Positions 45,996-58,323 of a stretch of DNA of 64,000 nt are shown here, in pieces. This DNA comes from Anthoceros angustus (lineage: Eukaryota > Plantae > Anthocerotophyta). The translations under genes were made by a program, and so were the position numbers. Numbering within the stretch: the stretch's first letter is position 1; each line of letters begins with the position of its first letter. The notes beneath the pieces are model-generated. The model worked only from the letters and a program-made list of their open reading frames with translations. It had not been told where the DNA came from and made no database searches. The DNA is taken from positions 558,001-622,000 of the forward strand of contig MU008179.1 of assembly GCA_010909165.1 (NCBI GenBank). Reading direction: 5' to 3'.

Positions 45996-48674
45996 GCTGT
46001 CAAGTTCAAGGCTTTTCAAAAGTTTGCAAATACGCTAATACGGCGGAAGCACTTGCGGCAGCCACCGCTATTGTGGACGGCAAGGTATCCAAGGGTCTCA
46101 AAGTTTTGAAGAAGGAAGTGCGAGGGGCACACTCGCTACTGCCGATTCAAGACTGGCCAAAATCGTCAGCGATAAATTTGTAAAGATAATTGGCATTCTC
46201 GCGTCAGTTGATTCACTGGAGTCCCAGTGACAACATGGTCATAATCTTCAGGACGTGCTTTCTGGTTTGACTGTCACACAACACCAATTGTATATATAAC
46301 AGCGCAGTCATGGACCTCATGAGAGGAGTCCGCTCACAGCTAGCTGCGCTCATTAGTGGACTTGCAGGACAACACATGGGTGCCATGAGTCTTGGGCTCT
46401 CGCACAGCCTGTCCAGCTACGAACTCAAATTTAGTCCTGATAAGGTGCGGACCTGGGATGACCTTGTAGCGATTAGGTGGAGTTGGAATGCCAGGATCAG
46501 GTTTCCTTGTTAATTATTCTGTCTTTTCTGATGTTTCTTGCTCGTTTAAGAATAGCGTCCAAGCTGAGTTCTCTTTGTTGTTTTGGTCATGGCGTTTCAG
46601 GTGGACACCATGATTGTCCAGGCTATTGGGCTTCTAGATGACTTGGATAAGGAATTGAATACATATGCTATGCGTGTTCGGGAATGGTATGGATGGCACT
46701 TTCCAGAGCTGGGAAAGATTGTTCAGGACAACATTAAGTACGCAAAAGTAGTGAACTTGATGGGCAGTAGAGAGAGTGTGGGCGAAATTGACTTCTCTGG
46801 AGTAAGAACTTGCCCCTGCTGCATTGCATGGACTTGGTCTTGGTTGCTGGTCAGTTGACGTTGATTCAGCGCATGATGATGTGCTTGCTTTGCAGATTTT
46901 AGAGGAGGAGGTTGAGGCGGAATGAAGGAAGCTGCTAACGTCTCCATGGGCACAGCAGTTAGTCGGCACGATATGTTAAATATCAAAGCTCTTTGTGACC
47001 AAGTCATAGCCCTTGCAGAATACTGAGGCCAGTTATATGATTATCTGCGAACCAGAATGATTACCATTGCACCCAATCTAACTACAATGGTGGGAGAGCT
47101 TGTTGGTGCCCGGTTGATCGCACATGCTGGGAGTCTTATCAACCTTGCCAAGCAACCAGCCAGTACTGTGCAGATCTTGGGTGCGGAAAAGGCGTGTCGC
47201 TGGTCTTGCAGTTGTGTCTGGCGGCCAAGGAGATGTGTGAGGGTGCGGTGAAGGCTTTGCAGGCTGAGGTGGCGCGGCTGACTGATGAGGCGGAGAGGAG
47301 CAGGTCGGAGATGGAGGAAAGGGATAGAGCTCGCTGGTCTGCTGAACAGAAGTCTGAAATGGCGGGGCAGGTGGGAGCAAGGGCACCGTGAGTCCGTCGC
47401 TGAGCAGCAGGTGCTTGTTATGAGTAGGAAGGTTGACAGCTGGTCTGCAGCTGTTTTGTGGTTATTTGGTTTTACGTCTTGACTTATGCTTGTGCCATCT
47501 GTGATGCAGGCTCTCTTCAGGGCTCTGAAGACAAAGCATGAGACTCCAAAATATGGATTGATCTTTCATGCTTCACTCATTGGGCAGGCTCCCCGAAATT
47601 CGAAGGAAAATTGCTCGCGTTCTTGCTGCCAAATCTGCCCTGTCAACCCGTGTTGATGCTTTGGGAGATGATTCGAACTGCAGTATCGGTCTTGAAGATA
47701 GGCTGAAGGTTTGTGCTTTCTTACTGCAGCTGTGTCTGGATGAGAGTGGCTTGCGAGGTTCACAGTTCATCCGTGGAACTTGCATTAGGGTCCCGACGTT
47801 GTGACGTGTATTTTTATCATGTCTGATATCAGGTGGAGGCCCGCCTAAGGAGTTTAGAGGAGAGCCCTGAAAAGTTAAGTGGGGCCTCTAAGGGAATGCT
47901 AAGATTGAGGCATATGACAAGGACCGAAAGAAGGATGCTCCGGGCCTGATAACCGCTGCCAAGGTATATCTGCCTTTGAGATCTCCTCTGCATGTTGAGA
48001 GAAATCAGAAGGAAAAGCCTGTTCTTTTAGTTGGGAGCTGCTGGGCCCCTATTGCTGTGATCTTCATGTGGGTTACCTACCTACCAGTGATGTCACCTAG
48101 GTGTTGTACCAGTGAGTGCAACTTTGTTGTGGCATGGCTAACCTAAGATTATGGTTTTCTTCAGTCATACAGCCCAGCAGCCGACTCCACTGTGGGGCTG
48201 CCGCAGCCTGCGGAGACAGCAAGTGGTCAAGAAAGAAGAAGAAGAAGAAGCGTGAGCCCGAAGAACCAGCAGCAGCGCCAGTAGCAGCTATTGAACCAGC
48301 TCCAGAAGAACCTCCGAAGAAGAAGCAGAGGAAACCCGCAGTAGAAGAGGTTGTGGTGACTCCGGTGCCCGAGGAGCAACCGAAGGTTCTGTCTCGGTTC
48401 CTGTCTCTTGTTTAACCCCGATACCCCTACTCACGTCCTTCGTGTTCTAAGTCTGTATTTCGCATGTCTCCAGAAGAAGAAGAAAAGAGAAGGCTGCTGC
48501 TGAGACTGCCGTGGCAACTCCAACGCCACCAGTTGCAGACCAACAGCAGCCTGTGAAGGTGGTTGTCTTACCTCTTGTTGCTTTTGTCGCTGTATTCATC
48601 CATGAGAACTTGATCAACGTTCCCGCCCAAATAGTGCGCCTCATTAACCCTGGGTTCCTTCTCCTCGGCAGAGC
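45996..48674 (+). pseudogene. NOP58: NOP58 pseudogene, unit D, cut by copia copy 2
   Basis: Same exons; TGA at 47024-47026; last exon displaced to 63309-63453. Confidence 0.94.
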
Positions 48675-48882
48675 TGTAGAGGTTATGGCTATTAGAGCCC
48701 TAGTTAGGGCACGTTTGAAGATTATACTTTGATTATTACTTAAGTTAATGTGATATGAATAGGCATCTTAGATTCAGTTTTATAACTACTTTTATATGGT
48801 CTTCAAAACATTATCTTGGTTCACTTTTTTTCAATTCATACACTCTTTGTTCTACGCTTCGTGAAATCCATGTGCCTTCACA
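48675..48882 (+). repeat. Copia 5' LTR, copy 2
   Basis: TG...CA followed by TGGTATCAG. Confidence 0.95.
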
Positions 48883-49519
48883 TGGTATCAGTCATACAAT
48901 CTCTTATGTCAATTTGTAGCATGTTGTTCAAATGCTAGCAAAATGCCTAGGCACGGTAGAATTTCTAGGCACTTAATTGAAGATTACCCCATCAGTAGCC
49001 AAAGAAACCCTCATCGGGTACAACAAATTTATAGACCTGCACCTAGACATTGCGATGTAATCCAAGATTGGAATCCATCATCAGACTAGACAAACTAGTT
49101 ATCAATCCACACGAGCCTTGAATTACATATAGAGGCCATAGAATCTCAACTCCAAATTTGGGCATTTCTTCAAGACTTTGAGAAGTGTCACCGCCTAGCA
49201 AAGATCGAACTTCATGAAGTTGATCACTCCAAGGCAATCGAAATAACCAACCCGCATGTGGTATTACACCATTTAGATCAAAAGGTCTCACAACTTTTTA
49301 GATTGAATCATAAGGCAATGCGTAATAGAAAGAAAAATAGCTACAAATGGAATGTACCCAATATCCAATGTATGGAAAATATGTTGTCTAATCTTGCTGT
49401 AAATGAGTTGTCGGGTCTAGATTCGATTAGGATTAGGTTAGAATCTCGGATGTGGTCACCCCACACGTAACGATAAACACATCAAATATCCTCGAACAAA
49501 TGTTTCTCCACCCTCAAAC

Positions 49520-50356
49520 ATGGCCTCGAAACACCTCCTCAACTACCTCGCAAATACCTCCACGACAACAACAACAATCAACAATGTAATTAAGATTGAT
49601 TTTAAGGAAAAGATGATTCTCGTGAACCGATTACGACATTTGGTCCATGCGTATGCGTTCCATTCTTGAGGACAATGACCTGGATCACGGATGGCACTTA
49701 TCCCAAACTGTCACAACAAGAACAAATCCAAAGATCGCAGGATTTAGCGGCATGGGAGAAGACCGATAGAAAAGCAAGAAATGTGATCTTATCTCGGACT
49801 TGATAGGACCACCGCTCATCACGTGAGGGCTGTAGATGCATAGCATGGACCAACTCGAACCAACTCTACGACGCAGAGATGCAATGAGCGTAATAAATGC
49901 AACAAAGGCATTTTACCAAATGCGATGGGTGAAAGTGAAGTCGCTTCCGAACACATAAAGAAGTTCGAGGCAGACAGCTCGATTGGCATCTTGTGGGATG
50001 ACGTTGACGAGGCTCAAGCGACCATAGCTTTGCTAAGTTCTCTCGCGGTTATCGTACCTTCAAGACGACACAAAATGGAGTCATAAAACAAGCACAACTT
50101 GCAGCCAAAAGGGGCAAGGTTCGATTTCACCACATCGAGTAATTGGGGCTCTCATAGAGGAAGAAGCCATACGTGGTCGTGTCACATCAAATGCTACACC
50201 CAAGGTCAAGCTCTTTGTAGTACGAGGCGAGGGAGAGGACGAGGACGCGGACGAGGCCATCCTCCTTACAACAACAGGCCATCTTCATCATCTTCAGCAC
50301 CAAGGAGGAAAGGAGCCCGCCATTGGTGCCAAGTAGAAGGCCATTACGAAAAGAGT
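49520..50356 (+). pseudogene. Copia gag, copy 2, first duplicate
   Basis: Same motifs as 4925-5712 plus HWCQVEGHYEK. Confidence 0.85.
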
Positions 50357-50805
50357 GTCAAGAAAAGAAGAAGAAGAAGAAGCGTGAGCCCGAAGAACCA
50401 GCAGCAGCGCCAGTAGCAGCTATTGAACCAGCTCCAGAAGAACCTCCGAAGAAGAAGCAGAGGAAACCCGCAGTAGAAGAGGTTGTGGTGACTCCGGTGC
50501 CCGAGGAGCAACCGAAGGTTCTGTCTCAGTTCCTGTCTCTTGTTTAACCCCGATACCCCTACTCACGTCCTTCGTGTTCTAAGTCTGTATTTCGCATGTC
50601 TCCAGAAGAAGAAGAAAGAGAAGGCTGCTGCTGAGACTGCCGTGGCAACTCCAACGCCACCAGTTGCAGACCAACAGCAGCCTGTGAAGGTGGTTGTCTT
50701 ACCTCTTGTTGCTTTTGTCGCTGTATTCATCCATGAGAACTTGATCAACGTTCCCGCCCAAATAGTGCGCCTCATTAACCCTGGGTTCCTTCTCCTCGGC
50801 AGAGC
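50357..50805 (+). repeat. Duplicated NOP58 tail inside copia copy 2 (start of a 2131-bp local duplication)
   Basis: Junction at shared GTCAAGAAAAG (50357-50367); matches ~48225-48674. Confidence 0.9.
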
Positions 50806-51011
50806 TGTAGAGGTTATGGCTATTAGAGCCCTAGTTAGGGCACGTTTGAAGATTATACTTTGATTATTACTTAAGTTAATGTGATATGAATAGGCATCTT
50901 AGATTCAGTTTTATAACTACTTTTATATGGTCTTCAAAACATTATCTTGGTTCACTTTTTCAATTCATACACTCTTTGTTCTACGCTTCGTGAAATCCAT
51001 GTGCCTTCACA
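50806..51011 (+). repeat. Duplicated copia 5' LTR plus PBS
   Basis: AGAGC|TGTAGAGG...CCTTCACA|TGGTATCG. Confidence 0.93.
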
Positions 51012-51656
51012 TGGTATCGTAGTCATACAATCTCTTATGTCAATTTGTAGCATGTTGTTCAAATGCTAGCAAAATGCCCAGGGTACCAGAATTTCTAGGC
51101 ACTTAATTGAAGATTACCCAGTCTGTAGCCAAAGAAACCCTCATCGGGTACAACAAATTTATAGACTGCACCTAGACATTGCGATGTAATCCAAGATTGG
51201 AATCCATCATCGACTAGACAAACTAGTTATCAATCCACACGAGCCTTGAATTACATATATATAGAGGCCATAGAATCTCAACTCCAAATTTGGGCATTTC
51301 TTCAAGACTTTGAGAAGTGTCACCGTCTAGCAAAGATCGAACTTCATGAAGTTGATCACTCCAAGGCAATCAGAAATAACCAACCTGCACAGGGTATTAC
51401 ACCATTTAGATCAAAAGGTCTCACAACTTTTTAGATTGAATCATAAGGCAATGCAGAATAGAAAGGAAAAAATAGCTACAAATGGGAATGTACCCAATAT
51501 CCAATGTATGGAAAATATGTTGTCTAATCTTGCTGTAAATGAGTTGTCGGGTCTAGATTCTGATTAGGATTAGGTTAGAATCTCGGATGTGGTCACCCCA
51601 CACGTAACGATAAACACATCAAATATCCTCGAACAAATGTTTCTCCACCCTCAAAC

Positions 51657-52563
51657 ATGGCCTCGAAACACCTCCTCAACTACCTCGCAAATACCTCCAC
51701 GACAACAACAACAATCAACAATGTAATTAAGATTGATTTTAAGGAAAAGATGATTCTCGTGAACCGATTACGACATTTGGTCCATGCGTATGCGTTCCAT
51801 TCTTGAGGACAATGACCTGGATCACGGATGGCACTTATCCCAAACTGTCACAACAAGAACAAATCCAAAGATCGCAGGATTTAGCGGCATGGGAGAAGAC
51901 CGATAGAAAAGCAAGAAATGTGATCTTATCTCGGACTTGATAGGACCACCGCTCATCACGTGAGGGCTGTAGATGCATAGCATGGACCAACTCGAACCAA
52001 CTCTACGACGCAGAGATGCAATGAGCGTAATAAATGCAACAAAGGCATTTTACCAAATGCGATGGGTGAAAGTGAAGTCGCTTCCGAACACATAAAGAAG
52101 TTCGAGGCAGACAGCTCGATTGGCATCTTGTGGGATGACGTTGACGAGGCTCAAGCGACCATAGCTTTGCTAAGTTCTCTCGCGGTTATCGTACCTTCAA
52201 GACGACACAAAATGGAGTCATAAAACAAGCACAACTTGCAGCCAAAAGGGGGCAAGGTTCGGATTTCACCACATCAGAAGTAATTGGGGCTCTCATAGAG
52301 GAAGAAGCCACACGTGGTCAGGTTGTCACATCAAATGCTACAGCCCAAGGTCAAGCTCTCTTTGTAGTACGAGGCAGAGGGAGAGGACGAGGACGTGGAC
52401 GAGGCCATCCTCCTTACAACAACAGGCCATCTTCATCATCTTCAGCACCAAGGAGGAAAGAAGCCTGCCATTGGTGCCAAGTAGAAGGCCATTACGAAAA
52501 AGAGTGTCGTAAGAAAAAGGCTGGAGAGCCTAGGAGAGGACTACCACCTTCAACAAATATTGT
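51657..52563 (+). pseudogene. Copia gag, copy 2, second duplicate, with complete CCHC knuckle
   Basis: TGC CAT TGG TGC CAA GTA GAA GGC CAT TAC GAA AAA GAG TGT = CHWCQVEGHYEKEC at ~52466-52507. Confidence 0.9.
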
Positions 52564-52568
52564 ACAAC

Positions 52569-55500
52569 CGTGGACGACGGACTCTCCTTGGGGTTAGGAA
52601 TAAGCTGGGTTTGTTTTTTTTCGTAGGTATGGAGTATAAAATAAGACGGAAAGGGAGGAATAAGCACGGACGAAACCCACTCAGAGGACCTCCGGACTTC
52701 GCAGGTAACGGACCCTGAAACCCACTCCAGAGGACCTCCGGACTACGCACCGGAGTATCAGGATAAGTCCGGACCCCACTCCGGATCAAAACGGGATAAG
52801 TACGCCCAGTAAAGTAACTTAGAAGTTGGAGCGTGAGTTAGACAGGGCGGCGCCACGTGGATGGTACTGAGTGATAGACGGGCATGCAGCAGACCAGGAC
52901 CGTAGCATTGCCAGTGGCCGTCATAGGTGTATTCACGCCCGGCACGCGGCAACAGAAGGCCGAGTGAGCGGAAGCGAGGCGAGTGAGCCATGCAGCTCGA
53001 CAGCACGGACGAAGAGCCGCCCGCATGCTTACTTCCGACGGAGAAGCGAGGAGGTCATTCTTCCAAACAACTTCGCGAAGTTTCGCATTCTCTCGCCGAC
53101 ACCCGGCTCTGGCGTTGTCTTTTTATCGCCAGCACCCTTCGGCGATTCGACTTGGCGAGTGAAGCAACCGACACCGCGGCCGAGGAGCGGAAGATTGCGG
53201 AACGCCTCAACAGAAGGCCGAGTGAGCGGAAGATGTTGGCGGCCAAGAGGGCCAAGGAGCGGAGGCGTGGGAGCCATGGCGCTTGGTGGAGCGCAACATC
53301 GTCATCAAGCGCTACCGGACTTGGGCCGTGGGCCGGAGGAGGCGGAGGAGCTGGTGGAGGAGTGGCACTGGACATTTTCCGCTATTCGACTGACAACATA
53401 CCCTAGTCCGGAGTATGCGGAAGATGTTGGCGGCCAACAAGGAGGTCCGATCCAAGAACTGGAGGACCCTAGGAGGTCCCGAGGCGGTTTACAACTACCC
53501 AAATGGAGGAAGTAGGAGGAGTGAACCCTCAAGGTGAAGGGGAAGGTGGAAGCGGCCGGGCGGCCCTTTTGCGATGGGAACGCAGCGTCCTCCAACGGAT
53601 GGTCGATGTCGGACCTCCTGAGAGGGTAATGCTCGAAGATTATCGCCCATCGAACATGCTCACCAAGGTGGATCACCTTGGGGATAATCTGCTAGTGTTC
53701 CTCCACGACCTCTGGGGAAACGCGCCGATCGCGTGATAATCTTCGCCCGGCCGGGCCAGAAGCTCGTGTCGAGGTGCGAAGCCACCTCCGTCGGCGTTAT
53801 CGCGTTTTGATTCATGTGGGGGCACGCGAACCTCCGAAGGAGGGTGAAGAAGAACGAGCACTCCGGAAGGGGCCACCGGAGGCGAGGGAAGAGCGCAGGA
53901 GGCGGAGGCCCGCCCGGTCCGAGTAAGAGTCCGGGAGGAGGACGACTGAGGGAATTCCACTCCATACGTCTGAGCGGACCTCGCCACCGAGGGAAGTGTG
54001 GAAGACATCCCGCTTCCTCCTCCGGTGCCCCCACCGAGGAGGAGGCGGCGGAAGGAGCAACAGGACGAGTTGGCGGTTCCAGCGCAAAGCAACCAATAAC
54101 AACATGCTGGTCCCGACGGACTCAAGGGAACCAAAGAGGCGGAAGACGGCGCCACCAACACAGACAGATCGCCTGCCTCCGCCAACGGAGTGGCAAGAAG
54201 TGGAGGAGGCGGTAAAGGGCGGAGAGGGACGCCCAAGGAGCGGAGGCCAGGGCAGCAGCCCCACCCGAGCTGCCCCTGCCTCCGACCGGGAGAGGCAAAG
54301 GCCAGCTCCGGACCTTCACCACCTCCGAGTCCTGGAGGAAAAGGGCGGAGAAGGAGTTAGCCAAGAGGGCCAAGGAAGGTGAGGCTCGGACCAAAGACTG
54401 GGACCTAAGGGTCCGATTAGGTCCGAGAGCCCATCTGACTCGCCCGACTGCAGTATGGCGGTCCTTGACGGACCAGGAGATGCCCGCGCCCACAGCGGAC
54501 TTTCTGGGCATCTCCCCAGCGGCGGCCGTGGAAGAAACGCGGCGAGTTTTAGCTACCGTCATGGACGGTATGCTTTGGGGCCTCTGCGGGACAGCAGAGA
54601 AGACCCAAGAAGTAGAGGCCACCCGGAGGAGGATGGTGGAACTTCAAGGGCAGGTGGAGGCGGCCCAGGCGGTTTACAACTACCCAAATGGAGGAAGTAG
54701 GAGGAGTGGAACCCTCAAGGTGAAGGGGAAGGTGGAAGCGGCCGGGCGGCCCAGAGGCGGAGGCGGCAGGCGGTCCTCCAACGGATGGGCGATGTCGGAC
54801 CTCCTAGGCAGGAGGTGTCGAGGTGCGAAGATTATCGCCCATCGAACATGCTCACCAAGGTGGATCACCTTGGGGATAATCTGCTAGTGTTCCTCCACGA
54901 CCTCTGGGGAAACGCCGATCGCGTGATAATCTTCGCCGGGCCAGAAGCTCGTGTCGAGGTGCGAAGCCACCTCCGTCGGCGTTATCGCCGGTTTTAATTC
55001 ATGTGTGGGGGCACGCGAACCTCCTGAAGGAGGGTGAAGAGGAACGCGCACTCCGGAAAGGGCTGGCCGCCCTACCGGAGGCAGAAGGAAGGGCGCAGGA
55101 GGCGGAGGCCCGTCCAGTCCGGAGCAAGAGGGTCCGGGAGGAGGACGACTGGGAGGGAATTCCAGACTCCATACGTCTGGAGCGGACCCCCTCGCCACCG
55201 AGGGAAGTGTGGGAGGACATCCCCGCTTCCCTCCTCCTGGTGCCCCCACCGAGGAGGAGCGAGGAAGGAGCAACAGATGTGAGTTGGCGGTTCCAGCCGG
55301 CCAGAACCAATAACAACTGTCCTCGAGACTCAAGGGAACCAAAGAGGCGGAAGACGGCGCCACCAACACGCACCCAGGGGCGCCGTGCCTTGCCTCGCCA
55401 ACGGAGTGGCAAGAAGTGGAGGAGGCAGCAAAGGGCGGAGAGGGACGCCCAAGGAGCGGAGGCCACTGGCAGCCCCCACCCGAGCTGCCCCTGCCTCCGG

Positions 55501-58318
55501 ACCGGGAGAGGCAAAGGCCAGCTCCGGACCCCTTCACCACCTCCGAGTCCCAGGAGGAAAAGGCGGAGAAGGAGTTAGCCAAGAGGGCCAAGGAAGGTGA
55601 GGCTCGGACCAAAGACTCGGGACCTAAGGGTCTGATTAGGTCCGAGAGCCCGACTCGCCCGACTGCAGATGGCGGTCTTGACGGACCAGAGATGCCCGCG
55701 CCTACACGGACTTTCTAGGCATCTCCCAAGCGGCCGTGGAAGAAATGCGGCGAGTGTTAGCTACCGTCATGGACGGTATGCTTTGGGGCCTCAAGGAGCA
55801 GAGAAGACCCAAGAAGTAGAGGCCACCCGGAGGAGGATGGTGGAACTTCAAGGCGGTGGAGGCGGCCCAGAGGCGGCAGGCGGAGTCCTCGCCGTCGGGA
55901 GGCGGAGCGAGAGGTCGGACGGTCCAGAAGACCGGACCAAGATCCTTCACCACCTCCGAGTCCCAGGAGGAAAAGGCGGAGGAGGCGGAGGCCCGCCCGG
56001 TCCGAGTAAGAGAGTCCGGGAGGAGGACGACTGGGAGGGAATTCAGGACTCCATACGTCTGAGCGGACCCCTCGCCACCGAGGGAAGTGTGGAAGACATC
56101 CCGCTTCCTCCTCCGGTGCCCCCACCGAGGGAAGAGCGCAGGAGGCGGAAGGAGCAACAGATGTGAGTTGGCGGTTCCAGCCGGCCAGAACCAATAACAA
56201 CTGTCCTCGAGACTCAAGGGAACCAAAGAGGCGGAAGACGGCGCCACCAACACGCACCCAGGGGCGCCGTGCCTTGCCTCGCCAACGGAGTGGCAAGAAG
56301 TGGAGGAGGCAGCAAAGGGCGGAGAGGGACGCCCAAGGAGCGGAGGCCACTGGCAGCCCCCACCCGAGCTGCCCCTGCCTCCGGACCGGGAGAGGCAAAG
56401 GCCAGCTCCGGACCCCTTCACCACCTCCGAGTCCCAGGAGGAAAAGGCGGAGAAGGAGTTAGCCAAGAGGGCCAAGGAAGGTGAGGCTCGGACCAAAGAC
56501 TCGGGACCTAAGGGTCTGATTAGGTCCGAGAGCCCGACTCGCCCGACTGCAGATGGCGGTCTTGACGGACCAGAGATGCCCGCGCCTACACGGACTTTCT
56601 AGGCATCTCCCAAGCGGCCGTGGAAGAAATGCGGCGAGTGTTAGCTACCGTCATGGACGGTATGCTTTGGGGCCTCAAGGAGCAGAGAAGACCCAAGAAG
56701 TAGAGGCCACCCGGAGGAGGATGGTGGAACTTCAAGGCGGTGGAGGCGGCCCAGAGGCGGCAGGCGGAGTCCTCGCCGTCGGGAGGCGGAGCGAGAGGTC
56801 CGGACGGTCCAGGAAGACCGGACCAAGATCCTTCACCACCTCCGAGTCCCAGGAGGAAAAGGCGGAGGCGGCGGAGGCCCACGCACGAGCTGAGGACCTC
56901 TGCAAACGGAGGGCAGAAGCGCAGAAGGAGGCGGAGGAGGGTCGTAGGCAGGCGGCGAACGCCCGCGACCTGGCCGAGGCGGCTCGGCTAGACCAGCACC
57001 AAGCCGGCGAGGCTCAGGTGAAGGCGGTGCGGGAGGCGGAGGCCGCGGCAAAGGTCGACCGGGATCACTACCGACGTGATCAGAACCGGTGGAGAGAAGC
57101 GGCGGAGGCAGCAAAGGCGGAGAAGGAAGTGGAGGAGGCGGCGGAGAGGGCCAAGAAGAGATGGAGGCCAAGACCGAAATAGGGGACCCGGTGCAGGAAG
57201 TGGAGGAGGAGGGGAGCCGGAGGATGAAGGACACCTGAGCTGCAACTCCAAGATGCGTTGGAGCAACATGGGATTCTCAATGGGAGAATCCAAGACTTCG
57301 AGCAGGAGATTGAGCGCCTCCAGCTTCGCCTGAAGACGGAGGAGGATAGGCGGCGATCCAAGGAATTGGACGTCGCCAGGCTGAAGAAGGAGCTGGAGGA
57401 AGCCAGGAGTCGGGCGGAGATACTGGCCTGCCTGGAGAAGGAAGTGGCGGACCTCCGGGTAAGGATGAACGGAGGGACGAGAGCGCTGGAGGAGGAGCAG
57501 AGGCTGCTTGTCCGATTGCGGGAAGCGAGGGGAGCCACCATGGCCAAGAAGTTGGTGGAGCCGCAACGACGAAGGGAGGAGGAGCACGTCGAGCAGCAGC
57601 AAAGGCTGTAGGAGGTGTCGGAGGCCGCCTTGGCGGCATCAAGGGAGTCCGCCCGGCTTCAATTGACAAGCCTAGCGACGGAGACGGGTCAGCAGGCCGG
57701 GCAACACGCCCAGCTGCCGAAGCACCTCTAGAGGAGGGAGTACCGGGTGCTCCGGGCCCATGTGGAGGAGGCAATTCAACAAGTCGACTCCGACTTTGCC
57801 TACTACCACGCAGAGCTTCTCAAGGCACTGGAGGTGTCGCGCCACCCTCGGCAGGTGGACGGATTTCCAGACGGGTCAGAAGGAGGAGCGAGGGAGGAAG
57901 GCCCCGGAGATAGCACGGCCACGGGGACCTTAGGAGCGCTGTTTGACGACGACAGCAGCAGGGGAGGAGGAGGAGCGGACGGAGGAGGAAGGACCGCACC
58001 ACCCGCGATTTTCCCAAGGATCTTGAGTGAAGTGTGAATGGTGAGAGGTACGGACCAGAGGGACGAGAGACAAACCTGAATGACACGGACGCGAATGAGT
58101 CCTTAAACGTTTGGCTACGCCGGGCCCGGTGAATGTTACAGGTAGTTAGTCGTAAAACGAGGAATGTGTGTGTGGGGTTTAAAACGGGCGCTATGTGAGG
58201 TGAGAAACGATTGAAACGTGGCCAACGGAGCCTATCATTCTTTTGGGAACGAACCTCCTTACTACAACGACACGGGATTGTGCGCGCCCGACTGACCGTC
58301 AGCAAAAGTCGCGCCACA
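52569..58318 (+). mobile_element. GC-rich unclassified nested element, copy 2 (5.75 kb)
   Basis: ACAAC|CGTGG...GCGCCACA|ACAAC (TSD 52564-52568 and 58319-58323); same site in copia as copy 1; lacks the inner nested element and the minisatellite/cargo block. Confidence 0.88.
52800..58037 (+). pseudogene. Long unknown ORF of the nested element (N-terminal domain, low-complexity linker, coiled-coil C-terminus), frameshifted and locally duplicated
   Basis: Colinear peptides: DRSIASG; WEPWRLVERN; MLTKVDHLGDNLLVFLHDL; REPKRRKTAP; DFLGISPAAAVEETRRVLATVMDGMLWGL; 56553-57182 and 57258-57611 heptad-rich; 57747-58037 DSDFAYYHAELLKALE. Conserved across diverged copies in the window. Confidence 0.7.
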
Positions 58319-58323
58319 ACAAC

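Larger units (their letters stand above)
42301..48674 (+). repeat. Tandem unit D (6374 bp)
   Basis: Near-identical to unit C; ends at the copia copy 2 TSD. Confidence 0.95.
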
